Of a DNA stretch of 64,000 nucleotides, positions 28,831 to 38,660 are shown piece after piece. Origin of the DNA: Candidatus Hermodarchaeota archaeon (GTDB lineage Archaea > Asgardarchaeota > Hermodarchaeia > Hermodarchaeales > Hermodarchaeaceae); contig JAEOTO010000031.1 in NCBI GenBank assembly GCA_016839805.1, positions 96,001 to 160,000 on the forward strand, read 5' to 3'. The notes below the pieces were generated by a model, which was not told the DNA's origin, did not search any database, and saw only the letters and a list, made by a program, of their open reading frames with translations. Position numbers and translations under genes: made by a program. The first letter of the stretch is position 1, and each line of letters starts with the position of its first letter.

Positions 28831-30543
28831 TCATTCTTGGCGGAGGTAAGAATGGGCTGACCATCGAATGAGTATGAGGAGTAGCCCGAGAGTGTAAGGT
28901 ACAACAAGGAGAGAGCTAAGAAGCATAAACCCTACTCCTGCGGGAAGAAAGCCCGATTGAAAAATTAGGACAGGCATAATGGCAATCCATGACAGGATTG
29001 GGTAAGTGATCATGAGTGCGACAGGAATTTCATTTTTGGCTCGGCTACTGTGTGGATACCGACTACCAAGTGAAATCCCTATGGCTGTTGATATGAGAAT
29101 GGCGTGGGGGAGAATCGCAATGGCAACCGGGAATAGTTCCAGACTCCCTAAAACGACAGCAACGTAGATGGCAAACGGGATTGCAAGAAAAATGGGCGTA
29201 ACGAGAAGTTGAAGATATTTAGAAAAAGTAAACCAAAAAGGTGACAGTTCTGATAACCGGAGAAGATACAAAGTCCCACGTTCACCTTGGAACGGATCCG
29301 AGGCGTTGATCGCAAGAAGTGGAATAATTATAACGAGTAACAAAGCATACAACGTTTCCATTACAGGTAGAAACGAGGGAGGTAACGGAACCACGATATT
29401 CAAAGTGGGAAGCAAACTCGTCAAAGTCAATGCAGCGATGATATTTACAACAATTCCAAAAAGGTAGAACAGTTTCCCGGGTTTTCGCAACCCTGTGATG
29501 AGATCCTTTTTGAACACAGAACGCAAGGGGCTCTTGGCCTGTTCAAACGTGATGGGCAGTCCACTTAATGCTCCACGAGCAGTTCCACGGTGGCGCGTAA
29601 TGGCAGCAATTTCCTCATACATGTCAACAGTAATTCTATTAGTTAACCATCGTGTGATTAGCAGTATCAACAAATAAGCAATAAATAACCCTAAAAATAG
29701 CCAGGGAAGTGCAGGGACATGAAGGTAAGTGAAAGGTTCTATTGGGCCCCACCATGCAGGCAACAATCCCCTTAAAGGGAGACCACTAAATGCCAGAGCA
29801 ACGAATAAGTAAGCAAGATTGTACATCGGTGAAGGAATGACTATTCCACTCACCACCCAAAAAGGAGATATTATTAGGATAATACCAATTACCAAGACTA
29901 CATAAAACACAATCCGGTATATTCGTCGATAAGGTCGGGATTGTGATACAAATTTCCGTAATGCATACAAACCTTGGGCAGCGACAGCGCCAATCTCTGC
30001 AAGTAAAAAGCCAAGCAGAATCATGAGGGCGATAAAGGCAATGGATAACCCATAATCACGCATAAAGAACCAGACGATAGGTTGAATGGCTACAAATATG
30101 TAGATAAAGAAAATCAACCTACGAGAGATAGATCGCAAGTATTTAGCTGTATAAAATACCTGACCAGGCATGGGTGCGGGAAAAAGAAAATCAGCATCAG
30201 CTGATTCTGATTCTGAACCTAAAGGAACCCCAAGAATTGCTTTAACTATTTGTTGGGCAACTAGAAGGGTGAGAATTGCATAGATGAACCATATAGCTGA
30301 AGGTCCGATGATTCCAGTTTCTCTAGTGAGTAGATATAATGCGTTGCGAAGTTCATATGACAGTCCATAAGGGTCGAGCATCAAAAACCATAGGAGCCAC
30401 ATAATGAGTAGGACAATGACTACTGAGATGATTTGTACTGTAATATAAATGGGACGTGAAATCAAGGTACGAAAATGATTCCAGACACGTCGATACTCCC
30501 ACCGAGTGACTATATAAGTGCTAACGGATTCCATGACCCTCAT
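28831..30543 (-). CDS. ABC exporter permease
   Basis: About 12 TM helices; ADADFLF.APM and ERG..LLR motifs; overlaps the stop of the adjacent ATPase gene. Confidence 0.8.
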   Translation of the reverse strand: MRVMESVSTYIVTRWEYRRVWNHFRTLISRPIYITVQIISVVIVLLIMWLLWFLMLDPYGLSYELRNALYLLTRETGIIGPSAIWFIYAILTLLVAQQIVKAILGVPLGSESESADADFLFPAPMPGQVFYTAKYLRSISRRLIFFIYIFVAIQPIVWFFMRDYGLSIAFIALMILLGFLLAEIGAVAAQGLYALRKFVSQSRPYRRIYRIVFYVVLVIGIILIISPFWVVSGIVIPSPMYNLAYLFVALAFSGLPLRGLLPAWWGPIEPFTYLHVPALPWLFLGLFIAYLLILLITRWLTNRITVDMYEEIAAITRHRGTARGALSGLPITFEQAKSPLRSVFKKDLITGLRKPGKLFYLFGIVVNIIAALTLTSLLPTLNIVVPLPPSFLPVMETLYALLLVIIIPLLAINASDPFQGERGTLYLLRLSELSPFWFTFSKYLQLLVTPIFLAIPFAIYVAVVLGSLELFPVAIAILPHAILISTAIGISLGSRYPHSSRAKNEIPVALMITYPILSWIAIMPVLIFQSGFLPAGVGFMLLSSLLVVPYTLGLLLILIRWSAHSYLRQE

Positions 30544-31304
30544 TTCCCCCGAAGTGTCTTGATATAGTATTTTTCTAAGTTAGCGCGACCTCCGATTTCA
30601 GTGCGGAGCTCTTCAACGGAACCGGCTGCCACCTTCACGCCTTCTGAAATAATGGTAAATTCATCACTAACCTCTTCTGCCACACTTAGATTATGAGTCG
30701 ATAATAGAATGGTGCTCCCATTTTGTGCAAGTTCACGGAAAACCTGTTTGAGCACAAATCCACCTTCTGGGTCGAGTCCATAGATTGGTTCATCCATCAA
30801 CAGGACTTTGGGGTTGCGTATCAGGAGAGCACATAGAAGGGTTCGTTGGAGCATTCCCCGAGAAAGATCGCCAAGGTACTTATTCAAGTATCCTAAGATG
30901 TCGAATCGTGTGACATAATGTTGTTTTCGTTTTTTAAACAAATCTCGAGGTACTTGGTAAAGGCTTCCAATGAAATGAAGAAACTCGTCGACTCGGAGAG
31001 CATCATAAGCAGTGGGCGTGTCAGGAAGAAATCCAAGTTGGGCTTTTGCTTGGCTGGATTCACGGAGCATATCATGCCCCATTATGAAGATAGATCCTCG
31101 GTTAGGTCGACTCAAACCAGCAAGTAAGCGAAGTGTTGTAGTTTTCCCAGCTCCATTGGGCCCAACGAGGGCGTGCACTTTTCCTTGCTCGATTTTAAGA
31201 TTAAGCCGATTTACAGCCAGAACTCCAGGGGGGAAAATTTTGCTCAACTTGAAAGTTTCAATCGCAGGTGTGTCTAGCTCGGAATCGTTTTTAGTTCTTG
31301 GCAT
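30540..31304 (-). CDS. ABC transporter ATP-binding protein
   Basis: GPNGAGKTT, LSRGM, LLMDEP..GLDP, STH. Confidence 0.95.
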   Translation of the reverse strand: MPRTKNDSELDTPAIETFKLSKIFPPGVLAVNRLNLKIEQGKVHALVGPNGAGKTTTLRLLAGLSRPNRGSIFIMGHDMLRESSQAKAQLGFLPDTPTAYDALRVDEFLHFIGSLYQVPRDLFKKRKQHYVTRFDILGYLNKYLGDLSRGMLQRTLLCALLIRNPKVLLMDEPIYGLDPEGGFVLKQVFRELAQNGSTILLSTHNLSVAEEVSDEFTIISEGVKVAAGSVEELRTEIGGRANLEKYYIKTLRGK

Positions 31305-31350
31305 CTAGCTTACCTCGGAATACTTGGTTGGTGTCCTCCTTATCTGGGCA

Positions 31351-31833
31351 TTAGATTTGTGTCCATTGTAGTGGGAGTGGCATAAAGACGATAACGACGA
31401 TAATGATGAGAACAGCTCCGATGATTAGAGCGGCTCGAACAACGGGAGTAATGCTCCGATATCCTGTTTTCAAAGCAAGGGAGAACAACGCTGCTGCAAT
31501 CAAAAATCCTCCGAGCCCCCGAAATACAACATAAATTGGAGCTAATAGCCACGTGAATTGATTCGTGAAAGTTGGTTGAAATTGAAAGAGGGTTTCAAGT
31601 GCTAAAATAAAAGTTGCTATTAAAACGAATAGTAGCCCCACGAGAATGAATCGTTGTTCGGAGAATGAGTGGATTTCTCCAAAGTCTTGGAGGGCATATT
31701 GCTTTTCAATTTGGGTGATGAGTTCGGCCCGACTCATCGATTTGGTTACTTTGATTCCAAGTTTGTCTGCTTCTTGTTCTAGCCCCTCCCGATCTAAAGT
31801 CAAGAGCTTATCTCGTAAATCAGTCATTTCCAT
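31351..31833 (-). CDS. Membrane protein with N-terminal Rho_N/HeH-like helix-extension-helix domain
   Basis: LDREGLEQEADKLGIKVTKSMSRAELITQI followed by 3 TM helices. Confidence 0.6.
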   Translation of the reverse strand: MEMTDLRDKLLTLDREGLEQEADKLGIKVTKSMSRAELITQIEKQYALQDFGEIHSFSEQRFILVGLLFVLIATFILALETLFQFQPTFTNQFTWLLAPIYVVFRGLGGFLIAAALFSLALKTGYRSITPVVRAALIIGAVLIIIVVIVFMPLPLQWTQI

Positions 31834-31973
31834 CGACCTCCTAGAAGCCAGATTATGGTTGTTTCTATTTGTTTTAAGAATAAGGTTTCTTGCAGGTCAC
31901 TATACTATTATACGTTTTTATCTTGGCAAAATCCACTCCAAATAGAAAATATGTAGAAGCCAAGTCACTCGGT

Positions 31974-32252
31974 TTACGTTTTATGATAGGGTTCTGTTGG
32001 GGGTGGAGAAGTTCGAGATAAAATGAGAAGACTATACAAAAGGAGAGCTATGAAAATAAGCGCCGAAATCAAAGGAAAGACTATTTTCATAAAAGGGAGG
32101 TTCCAGATTGGAAAATTAGGAGGCCAAAATGGGGCGGTCCAACCTAATACAAAAAGGATTGATCCAATCACAAGCAGAATAGTCGCAAAAGCCCATGCGG
32201 TTCGATTTGATAAATCAGAGAGCATTAGTAAGTCACTCAGCCCGAGTAACAA
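31974..32252 (-). CDS. Small two-TM membrane protein
   Basis: Two hydrophobic helices; start codon uncertain. Confidence 0.55.
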   Translation of the reverse strand: MLLGLSDLLMLSDLSNRTAWAFATILLVIGSILFVLGWTAPFWPPNFPIWNLPFMKIVFPLISALIFIALLLYSLLILSRTSPPPTEPYHKT

Positions 32253-32296
32253 TTGATGATTTATGTTAGTATTAATCCCTTCATAGGCTTTATGCC

Positions 32297-35161
32297 TTAA
32301 CTCTGATTCTTTGTTACTTTTGCTGGATTTTCTACCTCTGGAGTTTCTATTGATGCTTGATGAGATTGATAACGCAAAACGAGTTTAAACACCTCCACGA
32401 CGACAAAAACCGATAGCGAAAGTAGAATCACAATTAGCCAATCTTGTGGGAGCAATGGTACAGTAGCGAAAACGGTTGATAAGGGTGGAAAGTAAAGAAT
32501 GAATAGATGAAGACTAATGGAAATGCATATCGCAAGGAGGAGCAATCGGTTTTTCAGGAAACCAACTTGGAAAAGAGATAGATGCCCAGACCGTGAATTG
32601 AGAGCATTCACCATTTGAGTCATGACGAGCACCGTAAAAGCGAGAGTCCCAGCTCGAAGCCATGCAACTTCTACGGGTAAGCCAGGACCCCCGAGTGCAA
32701 TGGGTGTTGTTAGCCAAGTCATTTCATATGTATAGATGCCAAGTGTCACTAACCCGATGGTTATTCCGACGATCAATATCAGAATCCAGACACGTTGCGT
32801 TATCACTCCTTCCTTGGGATCTCTAGGTCCCCGTTCCATCACATCGGGTTCCATGGGATCCATCCCAAGGGCTAAAGCTGGTAAACCATCCGTGACCAAA
32901 TTGACGAATAAGATTTGAATTGCAAGAAGTGGGAGAGGCCAACGAAAAATAACTGAGAGCGTGATGCTAGCTAAAAAGATGACCAGAATTTCACCCGCAT
33001 TACATGAGAGAAGATAGGAAATAAACTTCCGAGTGTTATCTCCAATACCCCGCCCCTCTTCAATCGCATTAACGATAGAAGCATAATTATCATCGACCAG
33101 AATCATATCTGCTGCTTCTTTGGCAACATCTGTCCCAGTAACACCCATCGCGATACCGATATCAGCATACTTGAGGGCAGGAGCATCATTAACACCATCA
33201 CCGGTCATTGCAGTGACGTGTCCTCTATTCTTTAAGGCTTGGACAATCCGTAATTTGTGTTCGGGTGAGACCCTCGCATACACTCGGACTTGTGGAGCTG
33301 CATCTGTGAGATCCTCATCAGATAGGGCATCGAGAGCCTTACCAGTTAAGACCGCATCATCTGGTTCTAACATACCTAGCTCATTGGCGATAGCGACAGC
33401 AGTATATTGGTTATCTCCTGTTATCATGACCGATTTGATACCCGCTTTACGGGCAGTCTTTATTGCATCAAACACTTCGGGTCGTGGGGGATCCATCATT
33501 CCCACTAATCCGACAAAGACCAGTTCTTCTTCTACTCCTTCAGGAGAAATATCACAAAGTTCTTCAGGGCAAATTCGGTAAGCCATGCCTAACACACGAA
33601 GTGCTTTATTAGCCATTTTATCATTACTGCCCAGAATGAGGGCTCGATCCTCTTGACTCAGTGGACGTATCCCATTGCCAGTGTAAATGTGAGTACTCTT
33701 TTCAAGCACAACCTCTGGAGCACCCTTGATATATGCAATCGTTTCTTGTTCAGGTGAGTCATGCAATGTGGACATCCGTTTTCGCTCAGGATCAAAAGGC
33801 AGTTCAGCAATTCGCTCATAATTTCGTAGAACTTGATCCGACAGACCTGCTTTGTGTGCAGCAACTATTAAAGCGCCTTCAGTTGGATCACCCACAACTT
33901 CCCAAACGTTATTTTGTTGGCGAACAGTTGCATTGTTACATAGCCTTCCAATTCGCAAAAGCAGAGTCAGTTGTTGATTTTGTAAAGGATTAATCTTTGT
34001 GCCATTATGGAAAAATTCACCATTAGGAGAATACCCTGCACCTGTGACCAGAAAGCTTTGACTTGGCACGAAAAGTTCGCGAACCGTCATTTCATCCTTT
34101 GTGAGAGTTCCGGTTTTATCAGAGCAAATGACATCCGCAGATCCCAGTGTTTCCACAGCAGGCAGGCGTCGGATGATGGCATTTCGTTTTACCATGCGTT
34201 GAACACCTAATGCCAAAGTGATTGTAATAACTGCAGGTAGACCCTCGGGGATAGCTGCCACAGCAAGTGCTACAGCAATCACGAAAAGGTCTAGAAATGT
34301 TTCCAGTGTGAAGGGGGGGATAAGAAGATTTTCAACAACTTGGACGGTAAGGATTATCAAACAGATGATAAGAATTGCGATGCCCAATTGTTTGCCGAGG
34401 CGATGCATTCGTTTTTGTTGAGGTGTTTCTTTTTCGCCTGCTGTTTGGATCATTCCGGCGATGCGACCAATTTCAGTTTTCATGCCAGTTTGTGTTACAA
34501 CAGCTTGCCCTCGACCAGACGTAATGATTGTACCAGAATGCACCATGTTAGAACGGTCAGCTAAAGGGATATTGCGATCAAGAATAGCCTTGACTTCTTT
34601 TTTCACCGGCAAGGATTCGCCAGTGAGGGAGGCTTCATCTGTGTAGATGTTATGTGATTCAATGAGTCGAGCATCTGCAGGAAGCCTGTCACCCGTCTCT
34701 AGACGCAGAATATCACCAGGGACGATGTTAGAGGCGGGTTCGTCTACGGGTTCACCGTTGCGGAGTAGGTGTGCTCTTGGTGCCGCCATTTCTTTTAGTG
34801 CTTCAATAGATTTCTCGGCACGATATTCTTGAGTGAAACCCATTATTGCATTGATGATAACAATAACCATAATCACAATAGCATCGATAGCAGGTTCCAT
34901 AAACCAGAATGCAATTAACCCGGAAATGACTGCAGCAAAAATGAGTATAATCACAAGAATATCTTTGAATTGAGAAAGAAACATGGTCAAGGGTCCTGGT
35001 CCCTTCACCGTTTCAAGCTCGTTAAGCCCAAATTCGATTAAGCGCCGCTCAACCTCATCTTGACTTAACCCTTGGTCAGTAACCTGTAGCTGCTCCATGA
35101 CCACAGATGCATCCTGAGTATGAGGGAGGGGCGATTCCGTCGTCAAAGACACGTCCGTCAC
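32297..35161 (-). CDS. P-type ATPase, P2A (Ca2+-transporting) class
   Basis: TGES, AIPEGLP, CSDKTGTLT, KGAPE, MTGDGVNDAPALK, NLVTDGLPA. Confidence 0.95.
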   Translation of the reverse strand: MTDVSLTTESPLPHTQDASVVMEQLQVTDQGLSQDEVERRLIEFGLNELETVKGPGPLTMFLSQFKDILVIILIFAAVISGLIAFWFMEPAIDAIVIMVIVIINAIMGFTQEYRAEKSIEALKEMAAPRAHLLRNGEPVDEPASNIVPGDILRLETGDRLPADARLIESHNIYTDEASLTGESLPVKKEVKAILDRNIPLADRSNMVHSGTIITSGRGQAVVTQTGMKTEIGRIAGMIQTAGEKETPQQKRMHRLGKQLGIAILIICLIILTVQVVENLLIPPFTLETFLDLFVIAVALAVAAIPEGLPAVITITLALGVQRMVKRNAIIRRLPAVETLGSADVICSDKTGTLTKDEMTVRELFVPSQSFLVTGAGYSPNGEFFHNGTKINPLQNQQLTLLLRIGRLCNNATVRQQNNVWEVVGDPTEGALIVAAHKAGLSDQVLRNYERIAELPFDPERKRMSTLHDSPEQETIAYIKGAPEVVLEKSTHIYTGNGIRPLSQEDRALILGSNDKMANKALRVLGMAYRICPEELCDISPEGVEEELVFVGLVGMMDPPRPEVFDAIKTARKAGIKSVMITGDNQYTAVAIANELGMLEPDDAVLTGKALDALSDEDLTDAAPQVRVYARVSPEHKLRIVQALKNRGHVTAMTGDGVNDAPALKYADIGIAMGVTGTDVAKEAADMILVDDNYASIVNAIEEGRGIGDNTRKFISYLLSCNAGEILVIFLASITLSVIFRWPLPLLAIQILFVNLVTDGLPALALGMDPMEPDVMERGPRDPKEGVITQRVWILILIVGITIGLVTLGIYTYEMTWLTTPIALGGPGLPVEVAWLRAGTLAFTVLVMTQMVNALNSRSGHLSLFQVGFLKNRLLLLAICISISLHLFILYFPPLSTVFATVPLLPQDWLIVILLSLSVFVVVEVFKLVLRYQSHQASIETPEVENPAKVTKNQS

Positions 35162-35269
35162 TTAATATGCCATCAAAGATTTAACGCTTTTATATGAGGT
35201 TTTCAACGCGTCTCGTTTATTTATAATTGTGTGTTATACGCTACTATTGGTCAGTTTGTTGAACTGTGA

Positions 35270-35926
35270 CTATTCTTTGCCCGTCTCAGTTTTTTCTATC
35301 TTTGGAAAAAGTGTCTTAGCAATCTCGTTACGCTTCTGTTGTTCCACTTGGGCTAGAAGTGTTTCAACTCGATAATCCACAGTGATGTTCCCCTCTTTAT
35401 TTTGAATAAAAACTCCTCCAATCATTTCAAGGGGCTTCTTCCCAATCGAGACTTTAGCACTTTCCCCTGCAACTTTAGAGATAGCCGTAGCGAGCCCGGT
35501 GATTTTTGAGATTATCGCCTGATCCTCTTTACGAGCACTCACCACGACATCGCCACCACCAATTTGAATACTTGCACTGATAATTAAGTTCTTGAGGAAG
35601 ACTTTATACTGGGCTGTTCCTCGCTCCTTTTCGAAGCGTTTCCGGGCTTGTTCAATGGCGTCATTAATAATTCGAGCTTTAGCAGTAAGAATCTTCATGT
35701 GTGCATCATTGCGAGCTTTACCAATTATACGGTCACCGGAGGCTTGAGCCATTTGGCGACGTCGGTCCGCCCAGCCAGTAAGGTTAGTCTTTGCATTTTC
35801 TGTTGCCTCTTCAGTGAGTTGGCGTGCCGAAACCTCTGCTTCGGCAATCATTCGTTTTGCCTCAGCCTTGGCTTCATCCACGATGGTTTTTTGGATCACA
35901 TCTGCTGCTGTGGATGACGCACTCAC
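35270..35926 (-). CDS. atpE: A/V-type ATP synthase subunit E
   Basis: N-terminal coiled coil (EAK.EA..MI.EAE), C-terminal IGGVFI.N.EG.ITVD.R.E..L....R.EIA..LF. Confidence 0.85.
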   Translation of the reverse strand: MSASSTAADVIQKTIVDEAKAEAKRMIAEAEVSARQLTEEATENAKTNLTGWADRRRQMAQASGDRIIGKARNDAHMKILTAKARIINDAIEQARKRFEKERGTAQYKVFLKNLIISASIQIGGGDVVVSARKEDQAIISKITGLATAISKVAGESAKVSIGKKPLEMIGGVFIQNKEGNITVDYRVETLLAQVEQQKRNEIAKTLFPKIEKTETGKE

Positions 35927-36258
35927 TTTCCTCCACCTCCAAAGGCATAGACACCCTTGATTATGATGTCGACTGTTTTTTTAATATTCTTTGTCCCTTG
36001 TTCTTCTAAAGATACAGCTTCTTCGTCAGCTTTTAAGAGAATCCGCTGGGATTTGTTTTTAGCTTTGCTTTCAACACTTTTTTGCAGCGCTTCAATCTCT
36101 TTAGTAAGCTGGGTGCGAACAATCTGTTCAATACCTCGAGCTTTCCGTTCAGCGTCCCGTTGAATTTCCTCAACCTGACTTTGGGCTTTTTCACGAATTT
36201 GTACCGCTTCAGCTTCAGCTTTTTCTACGCCTTCTAGAACCTCACTCATCGTATACAC
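35923..36258 (-). CDS. A/V-type ATP synthase peripheral stalk subunit H/G
   Basis: EVLE.VEKAEAEA..I...A coiled coil, about 110 aa, coupled to subunit E. Confidence 0.75.
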   Translation of the reverse strand: MYTMSEVLEGVEKAEAEAVQIREKAQSQVEEIQRDAERKARGIEQIVRTQLTKEIEALQKSVESKAKNKSQRILLKADEEAVSLEEQGTKNIKKTVDIIIKGVYAFGGGGK

Positions 36259-36361
36259 CGAGAGGATTATATCGGTATTTGGTCGTTACTCGCTTCTGAA
36301 CATTGACCTTTCTTAATAAGCCTTATTATCAGTTGAATTTCGTAAGTAATAACAAATATTC

Positions 36362-36374
36362 CGAAACCTTAAGA
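36362..36374 (+). promoter_or_regulatory. Candidate BRE-TATA promoter
   Basis: CGAAACCTTAAGA upstream of the small membrane gene and subunit C. Confidence 0.4.
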
Positions 36375-36438
36375 ATGAGCTCTATGCTACTATCGACTTC
36401 GAGCAGAGAAATATTTTCAATGCCATTTGGTGATTGTA

Positions 36439-36666
36439 ATGAGCGATGAACCACCGGTCTCAATGGGAAAAGCCTTCCGTTACACTACCATCGCTTGTGA
36501 AATCCTTATCTTCGCCCTTGTTGGCTGGATCATTGGACCGTATATTTGGGGACCGGGTGGCGAATATATTGGGGCCCTGATTGGTGCATTAATCGGGACG
36601 TTTATGATGTTTATCACTCTGTTTTACATAGCAGGGCTCTTTGGTCGAAGTAAAAAAATGGAGTAA
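36439..36666 (+). CDS. Small two-TM protein, AtpZ/AtpI-like (possible c-ring assembly factor)
   Basis: Helical hairpin G..IG ... G.LIGALIG; lies directly before ATP synthase subunit C. Confidence 0.55.
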   Translation: MSDEPPVSMGKAFRYTTIACEILIFALVGWIIGPYIWGPGGEYIGALIGALIGTFMMFITLFYIAGLFGRSKKME

Positions 36667-36709
36667 TAAGAAGAAGGCTTATCATGGAGAAAGAAAAAGG
36701 TAAGGAATA

Positions 36710-37759
36710 ATGTCTGTCGCACGGTACAGTTTCATCAATGCGAAAATACGAGGATACAAAGCTGATATGCTCACAACAGAGCATTGGGATGCCCTTCTTG
36801 GCGCCCGAGACATGTATGCGGCACTCCGAGTACTAGATGCCACTAGTTACTCTGAAATTACACAAGACTTTGATGAAACCGCCTCCCCCCTAGAAGTCGA
36901 ACAAAGCCTAAAACTAGACTTCAACCGTGTACTTACAGAAATCACAAATGACGTCCCCAAAGCCATGCAAACCATAATGAATTGGATAACCCGCAAATTC
37001 CAACGCGAAGTTGTCAAACCCTTACTCCGCCTTTATGAAACAGAAAAAGATCCGAGTTTGATTGAACGCCTCATTGTCCCCATTGCCCCCTTTACCACTG
37101 AAGTTCTTCTCAACCTGATAAATGCTAAGGATATCAACGACCTTGTAGCAAATTTACCTGACCCATATTTCAAACGTCTAATCGAAGAGCTCTTACCACA
37201 ATATGAGGAAACCGGACGCCTAGTGATAGTTGAACAGGCCATTGACGCCGCGATTCTCGAAAACCTCTACAAAGAAGCCAATAAACTGAAAGGGCTAGAT
37301 AAGGAAGTAACATCGAAACTGGCCGGCGTAGAAATCGATCTCATTAACTTCATGACCACCCTTCGCACACATTTTCTAGGCATAGAATCACCAAAAGCAG
37401 AGCAACTACTACTCCAAGTCGAATACCGACTCCCCCTTACACTCTGCCGAGAAGCCCTTCACGCTCGAACCTTTGAGGAGCGGGTTCGAAAACTCCAAGA
37501 AAGTTCATATGGTCCCCTGATTTCACAAAGTTGGGAAGCCTACGAACTTTATCAAAACGTATACACCTTCGAGAAGGTCTTTCATGAACAAATCCGCCGA
37601 GACAGCGTGGATGCCTTATTAGGATATCCATTTCACTTTGGCATTGTCTTAGGATACCTTAATCTGAAATGGTATGAAATCCTCAATCTCAAAGCTCTCA
37701 TGAATGGCAAAGCGGATCAACTAGACCCTAATCTCATTCGTCGTGTTCTAATTTTATAA
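36710..37759 (+). CDS. atpC: A/V-type ATP synthase subunit C (V0 d homolog)
   Basis: Y.FINAKIRG....L, EIDLIN....LR, PF.FG..LGYL..K..EI.NLK....GK. Confidence 0.9.
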   Translation: MSVARYSFINAKIRGYKADMLTTEHWDALLGARDMYAALRVLDATSYSEITQDFDETASPLEVEQSLKLDFNRVLTEITNDVPKAMQTIMNWITRKFQREVVKPLLRLYETEKDPSLIERLIVPIAPFTTEVLLNLINAKDINDLVANLPDPYFKRLIEELLPQYEETGRLVIVEQAIDAAILENLYKEANKLKGLDKEVTSKLAGVEIDLINFMTTLRTHFLGIESPKAEQLLLQVEYRLPLTLCREALHARTFEERVRKLQESSYGPLISQSWEAYELYQNVYTFEKVFHEQIRRDSVDALLGYPFHFGIVLGYLNLKWYEILNLKALMNGKADQLDPNLIRRVLIL

Positions 37760-37779
37760 TATTTGATAGCAGGTGCTTA

Positions 37780-38154
37780 GTGTTGAAACAAAAGATCATT
37801 CTATTTGATGAAAATCTAAGTATCTCTTCGAAAACCTTGAGTGGACAACTTTATCAGCTCCTCGAATCCGAAGGATGGACTTGTCACTCCGTTCACGAGT
37901 TCCCTGATCTCGTAGGCCATCCCGACGAGGAAATCATTGCGTATGCTAAGAAGCAAAGATGGGCTCTCTTAACCCTTGATAAACGCATGGCTTATCTTGC
38001 CGTGAAAGAAGGCATCAGCATCTATTTGATTCTTCATGAAAAACGTGGTGACGAGGAAGAAGAAGTCGAAGAATACACCGTCGTCCACCTCGAACCCTTT
38101 GCAACCGTCGAAGCCCGAAAAAGCTTCGATGCACGGATAGCCAAAGATAATTAA
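37780..38154 (+). CDS. DUF5615/Mut7-C-type PIN-like protein
   Basis: LFDENL, G.PDEEII.YA.K...LLTLDK. Confidence 0.75.
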   Translation: MLKQKIILFDENLSISSKTLSGQLYQLLESEGWTCHSVHEFPDLVGHPDEEIIAYAKKQRWALLTLDKRMAYLAVKEGISIYLILHEKRGDEEEEVEEYTVVHLEPFATVEARKSFDARIAKDN

Positions 38155-38173
38155 TAAGAAACCAGCAAAAATC

Positions 38174-38536
38174 CTAGATAAGTCTCCGTCCCTTGACTTT
38201 TCCGATGAACTTCTCGTAATCCCGTTTACTACAGATATAGAGATAATTTTTCCTATCGCCTGTTTCATTTTCTAAGGTCAAATAGAGAGACGTATCCCCT
38301 CCATCCCATCTTTCATAACTATAACCCATGAGGTGATCCACGGAAAATGCATGCAATCGCTTTTTTTCTTTCCTAATCATCCCCTTGACTTCCAGAAACA
38401 CAAATTCTTTCTCCGTCAGAACTAGTTCTCCAGGAGTTTGCTCTATCGGGATTAACCCGCTTTCGTCACGAACCTCATAAGTAACCTTAATGGAAATGAT
38501 GACACTTGCCCCAGCAAATAATTCATTCTTCGTCAT
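38174..38536 (-). CDS. PH/GRAM-like fold hypothetical protein
   Basis: GELVLTEKEFVF pattern, beta-rich body and a C-terminal helix. Confidence 0.5.
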   Translation of the reverse strand: MTKNELFAGASVIISIKVTYEVRDESGLIPIEQTPGELVLTEKEFVFLEVKGMIRKEKKRLHAFSVDHLMGYSYERWDGGDTSLYLTLENETGDRKNYLYICSKRDYEKFIGKVKGRRLI

Positions 38537-38660
38537 CAGTGTTCACCCAAAAGTAACATTACCATACTAAGATATTGTTCTTAAGGATTCGCACCGACAA
38601 ACCAACCAGAAGATCTTATAGAAAGGGTACACGGATATCTGCATTCATGCTTGGTCGTCA

